Position numbers and translations under genes: made by a program
The notes under the pieces: model-generated
The model's input: the letters and a program-made list of their open reading frames with translations, nothing else
The model's database searches: none
Told to the model about the DNA's origin: nothing
Assembly (NCBI GenBank): GCA_963815195.1
Contig: CAWFGE010000023.1
Span: 224,001 to 288,000, forward strand
Origin: an uncultured Planctomycetaceae bacterium
GTDB lineage: Bacteria; Planctomycetota; Planctomycetia; Planctomycetales; Planctomycetaceae
DNA length: 64,000 nucleotides
Direction: 5' to 3'
Shown here: in pieces, positions 21,240-31,780 of the stretch
Layout of the letters: every line of letters begins with the position of its first letter
How positions within the stretch are numbered: position 1 is the stretch's first letter

Positions 21240-22929
21240 GATGCCGGCGGCTGAAGGTGCGGGTTTCGACGGTGATCGCCGCCCGCGACCGGCCGCCAGC
21301 GGCGCGTTCTTTTTCGCGGACCGCATAAGCCAGGCGGAGGGCGATCAGATGCGGGCAGGGGCCGTGCTGCAGGCCTTGCTTCCTAAAGAAGGTGCACGTG
21401 CACTCGGCTTTGCTCACGCCGCCGTCGTCGTTGACCAACAACTGCGGGCGGTACTCGCGCTTGTCCTCGGCCACGTTGACCTTGCCCGTCAGTTCCAAGC
21501 CGGTGCCGTAGATGCGGTTTTCGGTGGCGATGCTCACGGCGTTTTTGCGAGCGAGCAAATCGTGGGCGAGCCGTTCCCGCTGGTTGCGGTATTCCAGCCG
21601 ATCCAGATGCAGGGGGACATCGGTCAATGGCCGCAGGCGATAGACGTTCCGGGCCAGGTCGAACATCAACTGCCCCTGCTGGCAGCCCAATTGCAAGGCT
21701 TCGTGAAGCGCCTCGCCGGTGAGCTTGGTCGCTTTGGACAAGCCGGCTTCCTCATCGAACCAGACCTGGGAAAGGTGCTTGATGACCGCTTTGAGTTCCT
21801 TGGACTCCTGCGTTTTTCGCGGCAGAAGCAAATCGAAGCTCGCGGCCTCTGACCAGTTCGCGGATGTGAAGCCCGTCATGCCGAGCGTGATCGTCAGGTC
21901 CTCCGACCGGAGCACCCAAAAGCTCGGCAGGCCGCTGCCCAGGATGTGCACCTCGACCCCATCCACAAAAGGCAGCAGCCGCTGCAGAAGCATCAGCCGC
22001 CGCCGGCCCCAGATGCGAACGACTTTCGCCTGCCGGCCTTGATAGATCCCCGCCGACGCGGGCAGCACCTTTTCCCAAGGCTCCAACACGACGACGGGCT
22101 TTTCGCCGGGGATGAGTTCCACCCGCAGGCCGCGGCGTTTGCCTTTTTCGTCCGCGTGCATCCGCAAATGGCGGAGCACGTTGTACAGATCGAGCGGCGA
22201 CAGCGAGAACCGCTCCCGCGGCAAGGTCGCGGCGGACTGCACCTGCAGGAACCCGCGAATCCACGAGTCCGGCACGCGGATGTTTTTTTCGAGGACTTCG
22301 GGCTTCGATTCCGCGGGGGCTTCGGCCGCGTCCTGGGCGATCGTCAGGCTGGTCTCGCGGTAGCTCCGCATTTGCAACAGGCCGTCGAACAGCGTTTGGC
22401 TGAAGTCGATGTTCGTGGTGCCGAAGGCCGGCTCGTTTTTCTGTTCGGTGACCGATTCGAAAGCGTCGCGGGCGATGTTCAAGGAGGCATAGCTGCCTTC
22501 ATCCTTGCTGAAGACTTCCACCAGCACGGCGTCGGGATGCACGGTGATGACCGGATCGAGAATCAGCCACGCCAGCGGATCGTTGCGGGACAGCCATTCG
22601 AAGTAGGCCTGCTGGGCTTCCCACGCGGCGAGGTTCGAGGATTGCTGCTTCATCCGCCGATAGGCCTGGTACGCGGTGCGGTCTTTGGGGACGTAGCGGT
22701 AATCGCTGCCGACGATGGCGTAGATCGCCGCGAGCGCTTCGCGAAACTTGAGCGGATCGCGAATCCGCCCGTCAAAGCGCACCGGATCGCGATGCCGGTT
22801 CCCGAACAACCGGAGTTGCGATTTTCCCTCCGCCGAGACGACCCGGCTCTCGCCCTCGTACGCGAGCGAAACATCCGTCTGATCCGGCGCGGCCGGCTCA
22901 TCCGCTTCGGTGGATTTTTCATCGGTCAT
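21052..22929 (-). CDS. SWIM zinc-finger protein with C-terminal WGR-like domain (retron type XIII-associated family)
   Basis: CTC-x-C-x-H (ECTCTFFRKQGLQHGPCPHL), RLRWGRAG tail, LDPVITVHPD, EVFSKDE, SWIRGFLQVQSA, WGRRRL. Confidence 0.85.
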   Translation of the reverse strand: MTDEKSTEADEPAAPDQTDVSLAYEGESRVVSAEGKSQLRLFGNRHRDPVRFDGRIRDPLKFREALAAIYAIVGSDYRYVPKDRTAYQAYRRMKQQSSNLAAWEAQQAYFEWLSRNDPLAWLILDPVITVHPDAVLVEVFSKDEGSYASLNIARDAFESVTEQKNEPAFGTTNIDFSQTLFDGLLQMRSYRETSLTIAQDAAEAPAESKPEVLEKNIRVPDSWIRGFLQVQSAATLPRERFSLSPLDLYNVLRHLRMHADEKGKRRGLRVELIPGEKPVVVLEPWEKVLPASAGIYQGRQAKVVRIWGRRRLMLLQRLLPFVDGVEVHILGSGLPSFWVLRSEDLTITLGMTGFTSANWSEAASFDLLLPRKTQESKELKAVIKHLSQVWFDEEAGLSKATKLTGEALHEALQLGCQQGQLMFDLARNVYRLRPLTDVPLHLDRLEYRNQRERLAHDLLARKNAVSIATENRIYGTGLELTGKVNVAEDKREYRPQLLVNDDGGVSKAECTCTFFRKQGLQHGPCPHLIALRLAYAVREKERAAGGRSRAAITVETRTFSRRHPAGEDVFQITLDRHKLRLRWGRAGDELRSQNLRFNSTDEARTEYLSRLETLAAKGYLDATAG

Positions 22930-23028
22930 GCGTCGGTTCCTCATTCGTGTGCTGTTCAAATCGCTCCCAGTCTGAGCAATCCCAGAAGCCGGGTCAAGCG
23001 GTTGCCGTGATCGATTTCGAGGCGATGA

Positions 23029-23126
23029 CCGCTTACTTCGTGCGCGGCTCTCTTTGCAAAAAAGATGACCGCTTACTTCGTGCGCGGCTCTCTTCGCAAA
23101 AAAGAGCCGCGCACGAAGTAAGCGGT
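23029..23126. repeat. REP-like family B: two direct copies and one inverted copy
   Basis: CCGCTTACTTCGTGCGCGGCTCT x2, then AGAGCCGCGCACGAAGTAAGCGG. Confidence 0.85.
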
Positions 23127-23286
23127 CCTTTGCCGGAAAAGGTCGGGGCACCCATCGTGATGACGGTTCCCGATGGACTGGCTCTCTGGAGTTCGCCGTT
23201 GTACGCTGTCGGAATTGTTTGCACCGATTAAGGTCTCAGTCAAAGGCTCAACACCAAAGCTGCCTCACCCCTTGGAAAGATTGCCC

Positions 23287-24447
23287 ATGCCTGGCCCGCG
23301 ATTTGGTTGTTTTCCTCTTGGTTTGGTTCTCGTCCTGGGGAATGGAATCTTCTCCAGCCTCTCCGCGGCAGAGCGGGAATATACGGGGGACGTTCGCGAT
23401 GTGGTCACGATCGACACGCTCGATCCCGAAGGGCCTTACAACAAGATCTGGGAACCCTACATCGCCCAGTGGACGAGCCAGCATTATGTCGCGGCGTATG
23501 GCCTCCAGGTGCGCGGGAAAGGCGACATGGGCGACATCGTGTGCTCGATCACGCGAGACGCCGGCAAGACCTGGAGCCCGCGGATCATGGTGTTCGACCA
23601 CAACCAGCGCAACGGCACGGTGCAGTATGCTTATAACAATTCGATCCTGTTCCGGCCGCCGGGGCAGGATGTGATCTGGCTGTTCGTGATGCGGGCCCCC
23701 ATGCATTACCGCGACAGCGAAAACGCCGACCTCGTCGCGGCCTACACCGCCGACGGCGGCTATTCCTGGCATCCCGTCGAGTTGGCGATGGACTACCAGG
23801 GCTCGCTGGTCACGGTGGCGGGGATCGAAACCGTGGTTCGGGACGGGGTGCCGCATTATTTGTTGCCGGCCCATCGCAACTCCCGCCGGCACGATCCGCA
23901 CGGCGACCGCCGGCAGTTCGTTTTGGAGAGCACGAGCCTCCTGCATTGGAAACTCGCGGGCTATGTGCCTTATGAGGAGAGCCGGCCCGTCTTTCTGCAC
24001 GAAGGCGGCATTGCTCAAGGCGAGAAGCCGGGCGAACTGAAAATCGTCATGCGAACCGCCGACATGGAGCGCGAGCGGCCGCTCGATCCGCCGCTCGCGT
24101 ATTCGTCCGTGAGCCACGACGGCGGCAAAACCTGGTCCACCGCGAAGCCCGAGCCCGACCTGCCCAACTACCGCGCGAAAAGCTTTTATGGGAAAAGCCG
24201 AGATGGCGATTTCATCTATGTCTATAGCAATCAAACCGAGCGACGGGGCCTGTTTTACCAAACCCGCACTGCAAACGGCGACTGGTCGGAGGCCAAGACG
24301 TTCTACGAAGCCGGCAACCGCAACAGCTATCCCACGCTGATCGAAGACCGCCCCGGCCGCTGGCTTACTGTGTGGGACAGCTCCAACGAACCGGGCCAAC
24401 CCCGCACCGCCATCCGCTTCGGCCGCCTCATCACCGGCTCCAAGTGA
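23287..24447 (+). CDS. Secreted sialidase-like (BNR/Asp-box) beta-propeller
   Basis: Signal peptide; Asp-boxes TRDAGKTW, TADGGYSW, SHDGGKTW; SYPTL. Confidence 0.8.
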   Translation: MPGPRFGCFPLGLVLVLGNGIFSSLSAAEREYTGDVRDVVTIDTLDPEGPYNKIWEPYIAQWTSQHYVAAYGLQVRGKGDMGDIVCSITRDAGKTWSPRIMVFDHNQRNGTVQYAYNNSILFRPPGQDVIWLFVMRAPMHYRDSENADLVAAYTADGGYSWHPVELAMDYQGSLVTVAGIETVVRDGVPHYLLPAHRNSRRHDPHGDRRQFVLESTSLLHWKLAGYVPYEESRPVFLHEGGIAQGEKPGELKIVMRTADMERERPLDPPLAYSSVSHDGGKTWSTAKPEPDLPNYRAKSFYGKSRDGDFIYVYSNQTERRGLFYQTRTANGDWSEAKTFYEAGNRNSYPTLIEDRPGRWLTVWDSSNEPGQPRTAIRFGRLITGSK

Positions 24448-24491
24448 CCAAAAACCCCCAAATCAGGCGGGCATCATGGATGTGGTGGATC

Positions 24492-24531
24492 TTCACAGAA
24501 TCTTAACATTCCGTTCATTGAATGATTCACC
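24492..24531 (+). promoter_or_regulatory. Candidate PHO box
   Basis: TTCACA, TTAACA, TTCATT at exact 11-bp spacing (24492, 24503, 24514) and TTCACC at 24526, upstream of pstS. Confidence 0.6.
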
Positions 24532-24610
24532 AAACCGGCTATCTTGAACTTCGGCACCTGAAAACGATGGCCCAAAACCCTCTTAGGAAATAACCCTTTA
24601 AGGAATTCTG

Positions 24611-25672
24611 ATGAAACCTCTTCTGCGAAAAGCCTCCGGTTTGACGCTGGCGCATTGTTTCGCCCTGTTCACCCTCCTCGGTTGCGGGAGTGGTTGCAGC
24701 AACAGCAATCAAAGCGACGACGAGAACCCGGAAGTCAATACGCAACTCGCCGGCGACATCAAGATCAATGGCTCCAGCACTGTGGCGCCGATCAGCATTG
24801 CGGCGTCTTCCGAATTCAAGAAGACGTTTCCCAAGGTCAAAGTCACCGTGGGCAACAAAGGCACGGGCGACGGGTTCAAAATGTTCATCGCGGGCGAGAC
24901 CGACATCTCCGACGCCTCCCGGCCGATCAAGCCCGGCGAATTGGCCGACTTGCGAAAGAACAAGATCGACTTTATCGAACTGCCGGTGGCTTATGACGGC
25001 TTGACCGTAGTCGTGCATCCCGATCTGGCCATCGATCAGGTGACGGTGGAGGAACTCCGAGAGATCTTCGGCAACCAGACCAAGCCCCAAAAATACAGTG
25101 ACGTGAATCCCAACTGGCCCACGGTCGAGATCAAGATCTATGCTCCCGGAGACGAATCCGGGACTTACGACTACTTCAAGGAAGCGATTCTCAAGGGCGG
25201 CGAGATGCGCGGGGATTATTCGCCCAATGCGGACGACAATGCTTTGGTCACGTCCATCGCCGGAACGAAGGGCGCGATCGGGTTCTTCGGGGCGTCCTAT
25301 TACTTCGGGAACAAGGACAAGCTGAAAGCCCTCAAAGTCGTCAATCCGGAAACGAAACAGGCCGTGCTGCCGTCGCCCGAGACCGTGGAGAGCGGCGAGT
25401 ATTCCCCGCTGAGCCGGCCGCTGTTTATCTATGTGAACACCGAAAGCTACAAGAAAGCCCAAGTCCGCGAATTCGTGAAGGAGTACATCAACCACGCGGG
25501 CGAACTGGCGACGAGCGTGAATTACGTGGCCTTGCCCCAGGAAGTCTACGACCGGGCGAAAGAGCACCTCAAGGAAAAGAAAACCGGCACGCACTACGTC
25601 GATGCCGAAGGCAACAGCCGCTCGGGTTCGCTGAAGGAAATCTACAAAGCCGAGAATTTGACTGGGAAATAA
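24611..25672 (+). CDS. pstS: Phosphate ABC transporter substrate-binding lipoprotein
   Basis: Lipobox LLGC, NGSSTVAP, GTGDG, DISDASR, SGTYDYF, YSPLSRPLF. Confidence 0.93.
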   Translation: MKPLLRKASGLTLAHCFALFTLLGCGSGCSNSNQSDDENPEVNTQLAGDIKINGSSTVAPISIAASSEFKKTFPKVKVTVGNKGTGDGFKMFIAGETDISDASRPIKPGELADLRKNKIDFIELPVAYDGLTVVVHPDLAIDQVTVEELREIFGNQTKPQKYSDVNPNWPTVEIKIYAPGDESGTYDYFKEAILKGGEMRGDYSPNADDNALVTSIAGTKGAIGFFGASYYFGNKDKLKALKVVNPETKQAVLPSPETVESGEYSPLSRPLFIYVNTESYKKAQVREFVKEYINHAGELATSVNYVALPQEVYDRAKEHLKEKKTGTHYVDAEGNSRSGSLKEIYKAENLTGK

Positions 25673-25766
25673 GCAGGGCCGGACGTTTTAGGTGATCGGG
25701 TTTTGACGCAAAGCTCGCAAAGAGAAGACGCAAAGGCCGCTCAGGACCACGGACAAGAGGCATAAG

Positions 25767-25876
25767 GAGCCGCGCACGAAGTCAGCGGATGTGTGATGCC
25801 GGAATGCAAAACCGCTTACTTCGTGCGCGGCTCTAGGACGACAGCATGCAAAACCGCTTACTTCGTGCGCGGCTCT
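25767..25876. repeat. REP-like family B cluster between pstS and pstC
   Basis: One inverted and two direct copies of CCGCTTACTTCGTGCGCGGCTCT. Confidence 0.85.
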
Positions 25877-25955
25877 AGGACGACAGTCGTTCCTGTCCGT
25901 GCCGAGAATCCCGAACCTTGCGGACGGCCGGCATCTGAGGATTTGACATTGGCAG

Positions 25956-26913
25956 ATGAGTCATTCTGAGCCTACGAAGACTTCTCCATTGGAGAGGCTG
26001 AGCCATCGCTCCGCCTCCGCCCGGCGTTGGGTGCGGATTCGAGAACGCGGCATCGGCGCTGCTGCTCGGATCGGCGGCGTTTTTTTCGGTGCTGACGACC
26101 GCCGCCATCATCGGGATTCTGGCGTTCAATACGGCGAAATTCTTCGGCGTCGAAGGCGTGACGCTTCAGAAGTTTTTTCTGACGACGGAATGGTCGCCTC
26201 GCGAAGCCCACCATTTCGGCGTCTGGCCTTTGATCTGCGGGACGTTGCTTGTGACTGCCGTCGCGATGATGGTCGCCTTGCCTTTGGGGTTGATCACGGC
26301 GATCTTCCTGAGCGAATACGCCCCGCGGAAGTTGCGAGCCATCTTAAAACCCACGCTGGAAATCCTCGCGGGGATTCCCACGGTGGTTTACGGCTTCTTC
26401 GCGCTGACGTTTATCACGCCGCACATTTTGCAGGCGATCGATCCGCGGTTTGACTTGTTCAACGCTTGCGGGGCGGGGATCGCGGTGGGGATTTTGTGTT
26501 TGCCGATCGTCACATCGCTGACGGAAGATGCGCTCCAAGCCGTGCCCCGAAGTTTGCGGGACGCGGGCTACGGCTTGGGGGCGACGCGGTTTGAGGTGTC
26601 GTTGAAGATCGTGGTGCCGGCGGCGCTTTCCGGGATCATTTCCGCTTTTCTCCTGGCGGTGGCCCGCGCGGTGGGGGAAACGATGATCGTCACGCTCGCC
26701 GCGGGTTCCTTGCCTCATTTGACCTGGGACATCCGCGATCAGGTGGAGACGATCACCGGTTACATGGTGCGGATTTCCGGGGGCGACATCGAGCACACGG
26801 GCGCGGTGTATTACTCCTTGTACGCGGTGGCGGCGACTTTGTTTGTAATGACGTTCGGGCTGACTGTCCTGGGCCAAATCGTCCGCCGGCGCTACCAGGA
26901 GGTTTACCGATGA
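25956..26913 (+). CDS. pstC: Phosphate ABC transporter permease PstC (frameshift near 26060)
   Basis: FGVWPLICGT, LAGIPTVVYG, RAVGETM. Confidence 0.92.
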
Positions 26914-28140
26914 CGACGAAGCCCGCCCTCCTCACCGATCCCAAGTTGCGGGAACAATCGCGGCGGCCCAACGCCGGCCGGCGGCTGAAGAATCAGATCT
27001 TCGTGGTGTTCTGCGCGATGACGGCGTTTTTTTCGATTCTGGTGTTGGCCGTCTTGCTCATCACGATTTTTCAGCAAGGCCTGCCGCATCTGAGTTGGGA
27101 TTTTCTGCAAAAGCGGAGCAGCGAAAACCCGGAAGACACCGGGATCATATCGTCCCTCGTCGGCACGCTGATCGTCTGCGGCTTGTGCGCTCTGATGACG
27201 CTGCCTCTGGGCGTGGCGACGGCGATTTTCCTCACCGAATTCCAGCCCCGCCGCCAATGGGCCAAGCGGGTGCGGGGGTTTATCGAACTCAATATCCATA
27301 ACCTCGCCGGCGTGCCTTCGGTCGTGTATGGGATTCTGGCGCTGACGGCGTTCGTGCGGATGTTCGGCGTGGCGGGCACGCCCGACAGCCCCACCTTCGA
27401 ATTCGGGGCCGACTACTATTACCAATACTTCAACGAAAGCCGATTCGGGATTTGGGTGCCCGTCGAGTCCTATGATTCCCCGCCGCCGAAGATGCGAAAC
27501 CGGGATGGAGGCCCGCACGCCTTCGGGGAAGTCCATCGAACTCAATGTGATTTCCTCGAACGCCCCCTGGCCGGAGGAGGACAAATCTCTCGCCCGGCGG
27601 ACGGTGCGGGAAGACGACGTGGGCGGGCCGCTCCGGGTGCCGAGCTGGTATTATTTCCGCGTGCCCTTCGGCCGGAGCATTCTCGCGATGAGCCTGGCGT
27701 TGATGCTCGTGATCTTGCCGATTTTGATCACGGCGTCGCAAGAGGCGTTGAAAGCCGTGCCCCAATCGCTGCGGGACGGGGCGCTCGGATTGGGGGCGAC
27801 CCGCTGGCAGACGATTCGCCGGGTCACCTTGCCCGCGGCCATTCCGGGGATCATGACGGGCTCGATCATTTCCATGAGCCGGGCCATCGGCGAAGCGGCC
27901 CCGATTGTGATCATCTCCGGGACGATTTTCATGTCGTTCCTGCCGGACAGCCTGATGAGCGATTCCAGCGTGATGCCCCTCCAGATTTTCTATTGGGCCA
28001 AGCAGCCCGAGTCGGAGCAATACACTGTGCAGTTCCGCGACATCGCCGCGACGGGGATCATCGTGCTCTTGGGCGTCTTGCTGCTGTTCAACGCGGCCGC
28101 GGTCTTTTTGCGTCACAAATTGGAAAAACCCCTGTCGTAG
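26910..28140 (+). CDS. pstA: Phosphate ABC transporter permease PstA (frameshift near 27495; internal soluble insertion)
   Basis: NLAGVPSVVYG, LGATRWQ, RAIGEAAP. Confidence 0.92.
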
Positions 28141-28322
28141 ATGGTAGGCTGTGTAGTCGGATGTGAGTAGATGAATCGACATATCGCAACGGAAACGCCC
28201 TCGGCGGCGACGTCTCGCAAGAGTTTCCTTGAGTTCAACATGACTTCTCCCAGTTCCAAGCCGGCTTCCGATCAGACACGAAAACGGACAACGGCCAAAC
28301 GCCCGCGGCGCCGGCACCGCCG

Positions 28323-29141
28323 ATGTCCTCCGTGAGCCAGGCCCTCAAAAGCAATACGCAGGCTCCCTTCGACTTCGAGGGGGAACTGGGGATCGCGGTG
28401 CACGTGCGGGACTTCAACGCCTGGTACGGCGATTTTCACGTGCTCAAAAACGTCAGCCTCGATCTGCCGGAAAAACGCGTCACGGCGTTCATCGGTCCCA
28501 GCGGCTGCGGGAAGAGCACGTTTCTCCGCTGGATCAACCGCATGAACGACACGATCGACGTGGCCCACGCCCGGGGCACGCTCAGGATGCACGATGTCGA
28601 TGTGCTCGATTCGCGGATGGACGTGGTCGATCTCCGCCGGCGGGTGGGGATGGTGTTTCAAAAGCCGAACCCCTTCCCCAAATCGATCTACGAAAACGTC
28701 GCCTTCGGGCCGCGGCTGCACATGAAAATCTCCGCTGCCGACATGAACGAGTTGGTGGAATGGTCGCTCAAGAAAGCCGCCTTATGGGATGAAGTCAAGA
28801 ACCGCCTGAAATCCTCGGCTCTGGGACTCAGTGGCGGACAGCAGCAGCGGCTGTGCATCGCCCGCGCGATCGCCGTGGGACCGGAGGTGCTGTTGATGGA
28901 CGAGCCGGCGTCTTCGCTCGATCCCAAATCCGCCGCGGCGATCGAAGACCTCATCGCGGAGTTGCGGGAGGATTACACGATCGCCATCGTGACCCACAGC
29001 ATGCAGCAGGCCGCCCGCACGAGCGACTACACCGCGTTTCTCTACGAAGGCGACCTGATCGAGTTCGGCCCCACGCAAAAAATCTTCCACAAGCCGAAGA
29101 AGAAAGAGACGGAAAACTACATCACGGGCCGCTTCGGTTAA
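28323..29141 (+). CDS. pstB: Phosphate ABC transporter ATPase
   Basis: [38 protein letters not shown]. Confidence 0.96.
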   Translation: MSSVSQALKSNTQAPFDFEGELGIAVHVRDFNAWYGDFHVLKNVSLDLPEKRVTAFIGPSGCGKSTFLRWINRMNDTIDVAHARGTLRMHDVDVLDSRMDVVDLRRRVGMVFQKPNPFPKSIYENVAFGPRLHMKISAADMNELVEWSLKKAALWDEVKNRLKSSALGLSGGQQQRLCIARAIAVGPEVLLMDEPASSLDPKSAAAIEDLIAELREDYTIAIVTHSMQQAARTSDYTAFLYEGDLIEFGPTQKIFHKPKKKETENYITGRFG

Positions 29142-29343
29142 GTCTTCTCGTTCCCAAGCAGAGCTTGGGAACGAGGGGGCCGCTGCGGTTGCAAAGCATG
29201 ATTCTGTGCCCCATGATTCTGTTGTTTCCCCGGGAGTGACCACGCGGCTGTTCTCTGTCTTTCTCGGTGATCACCGCGACCTCCGTGGGAGAACCTTTTC
29301 AGAGTCCTCCATGTGTTGATAGACCGAGTAAAGATTCGAGTGC

Positions 29344-30402
29344 ATGACGGCATTTTTTAAGAAGCGTTGGTTTCTGGTCGCTTTGGCGGTGTTGATTCCT
29401 CTGGGGCTCTCTGGCGGATCGCAGCTTTCCCCGGACGCCGACGCCGCGTGGTGGAATCAGTTGGGGCCGTTCTGGCAGGTCGTGTTCTCGCGATTGCCGC
29501 AGTTGGTGACGCCCGTGGTGCTCTTGCTCATGGCGTTCAGCCTGGACACGCACCATCTGAAGGCGGCGGTGCGGTCGCCGGGGCCGGTGCTGTGGGCGTC
29601 GCTCGTCAACTACGGGGGCATCCCTTTGATGGCCTGGGGCTTAGCGAGCCTCCAGCAAATCCCCGATTTTCAAATGGGATTGATGGTCGCGGGCACGGTG
29701 CCTTGCACGCTGGCGGCGGCGTCGGTGTGGACCCGCAAAGCCCGGGGCAATGATGCCGTCTCGTTGATGGTCACCTTGCTCACAAATACGCTGTGCTTCG
29801 TGCTCACGCCGATGTGGTTGAACCTGACCACCGGCCAAGGCGTGACGCTCGACAGCCAGCAGATGGTGATGCGGCTGTTGGTCATCGTGCTCTTGCCCAC
29901 GCTCGCCGGGCAGGGGATGCGGCAGATTCCCCGCCTGGGCGACTTCGCCACCCGCCGAAAAACGCCCATCGGCGTCGTGGCCCAATCGCTGATTCTGGTG
30001 CTCGTGTTCCTGGCGGCGTTCCGGGCGGGCCGGCAACTTGGGGGCGAGGGACCGAATCCCAGCGCCTTCTCGGTGTTCTTCGTCTGGGGAAGTTGCATCC
30101 TGGTGCATTTGACCGCGATGCTCGTTGCCTGGCTCGGCAGCGGGATGCTCGGTTTCGCCCGCGAAAACCGTGCGGCCATCGTGTTCGCCGGCAGCCAAAA
30201 GACCCTGCCCATCGGCGTGCTGATTGCCACCGATCCCACGATGCTCGGAAATCCCAACCTGCTGGGGGATGGGCTGGGCATTCCGTTCGCGGTGTTTCCG
30301 ATGCTGATGTATCACGCCTCGCAGCTTTTCATCGACACCGTCGTCGCCGACCAGCTCGCCGCCCGCGCGGAAGCCGCCGCGGCGCAAGAACACGCCGCTT
30401 GA
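29344..30402 (+). CDS. Bile acid:sodium symporter family transporter
   Basis: Multiple TM segments; VPCTLA..VWT, GSQKTL, YHASQL. Confidence 0.85.
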   Translation: MTAFFKKRWFLVALAVLIPLGLSGGSQLSPDADAAWWNQLGPFWQVVFSRLPQLVTPVVLLLMAFSLDTHHLKAAVRSPGPVLWASLVNYGGIPLMAWGLASLQQIPDFQMGLMVAGTVPCTLAAASVWTRKARGNDAVSLMVTLLTNTLCFVLTPMWLNLTTGQGVTLDSQQMVMRLLVIVLLPTLAGQGMRQIPRLGDFATRRKTPIGVVAQSLILVLVFLAAFRAGRQLGGEGPNPSAFSVFFVWGSCILVHLTAMLVAWLGSGMLGFARENRAAIVFAGSQKTLPIGVLIATDPTMLGNPNLLGDGLGIPFAVFPMLMYHASQLFIDTVVADQLAARAEAAAAQEHAA

Positions 30403-30456
30403 TGAGAGCTTTCCCATCAAGCAGCGGATGTGTTTTTTGAGACGGTCGCGGGTGAT

Positions 30457-30735
30457 TTATTCGTCGGGAACGTAAGGCAAGAGCCCGATAAAGCGTGCCC
30501 GGAGCACGGCTTTGCGGACGGCCCGTTGATACAGGGCCGACGTTCCGGTGCGGCGGCGGGGCAGAATCCGGCCTTCGCGGTCGATCAGCGACCGGAGCGT
30601 TTTCAAATCTTTATAGTCCACATACACGGGACGCGGGATCGTGCCGTCCGGGCAGAATCGGCATTTGAGCTTTTTTTTGAGCCGAGCCCGCTTTTTGCGG
30701 CGTTTGCGAATTTCCGAGCGATTCATCAAAGCCAT
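30457..30735 (-). CDS. rpsR: 30S ribosomal protein S18
   Basis: [28 protein letters not shown]. Confidence 0.95.
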   Translation of the reverse strand: MALMNRSEIRKRRKKRARLKKKLKCRFCPDGTIPRPVYVDYKDLKTLRSLIDREGRILPRRRTGTSALYQRAVRKAVLRARFIGLLPYVPDE

Positions 30736-30889
30736 CAGACAATGTTCCTGCTGGTTGACCGAATTTCGTGGGGAAAAGTGAATTTCGTTATCATAGCAGC
30801 CGATTTCCGTTTTGCAATTCAACCGATTTCGGAAAACCCGGCCCGACCAAATTTTCCGATCTTCTGTCAGATTCTGGACTTACGCAGGC

Positions 30890-31691
30890 CTAGAATCTTT
30901 CCATGAATGAGAGAACGCGGTTTTTGTCCACGGGATTGGCGGATCGGCCTTCGTGTTTGAAAGCGGTCCCGACGATGAACCCCGCTGCCGCGGGCAGAAA
31001 ACTCGCGAGATTGTCCTCCGAAACGCCGCTGCCCGCGAACACCGGCACGTTTCCCGCAAGGGCTTTGACCTCTTGGACTTCCGCCGCGGAGGTTTCCCGG
31101 CCGGTGCCCTGGCCGGAGACGATCAGCCCATCCGCGCCGCCCCGCTCGATGAGGTCGGCTACTTCCTGCTCGAGAGGCTGCCGGGCCAGTGGCGCGGAAT
31201 GTTTGACATCCACATCGGCGAGGATCGCGATCTTCTCGGCCCCCAATCGGACCCGATCCCGAAGCAGATCGTGGGCGATGCCCTGGATCAACCCCTGATC
31301 GGTCACCCGCGCCCCACAGAGGATATTCACCCGCATAAAATTCGCCCCCACCGCCTGGGCAATCGCCAGAGCCGACCGCCCATCATTTCGTAACACATTG
31401 ATCCCCAAAGGCAAATCCGTTTGCGACCGGACCAACCCGGCGAGGGCCGTCATCTGGGCCACCGTCTCGGCCGGAACTCGCTGAGGGTAAAACGGCGCAT
31501 CGCCGAAGTTTTCGAGCATCAAGGCGTGGACGCCGCCGGCGAGAAGCGTCTGGGCATCCGCCAGCACCGCATTTTTCACCGCAGACCGGGTCCCCGCCAT
31601 ACCCGGGACTGCCCGCCAGCGGGGGAAGGTGCACCATTCCAATCACCGCCGGCCGGTTTTCTGCGAGCCATCCCAATCGACTTTCGGACAT
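30890..31691 (-). CDS. BtpA/SgcQ family protein (frameshift near 31590)
   Basis: IGMVHLPPL.GSP, ENFGDAPF, GINVLRND, ADVDVKH, GSGV, IVGT. Confidence 0.9.
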
Positions 31692-31780
31692 AAAGGATGT
31701 TTCTGGGAACGGGGACGATCAAGAAAACTTCGGGCCAAACTCCCTCAATGCCTGCGACACGCGAGGGCTTTCCGCTCACG

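Noticed and set aside
23029..23126. CRISPR mini-array, or retron msd hairpin upstream of the SWIM gene
   Set aside because: Spacers are near-identical, one copy is inverted, no cas genes are present, and the same motif recurs in the pst operon
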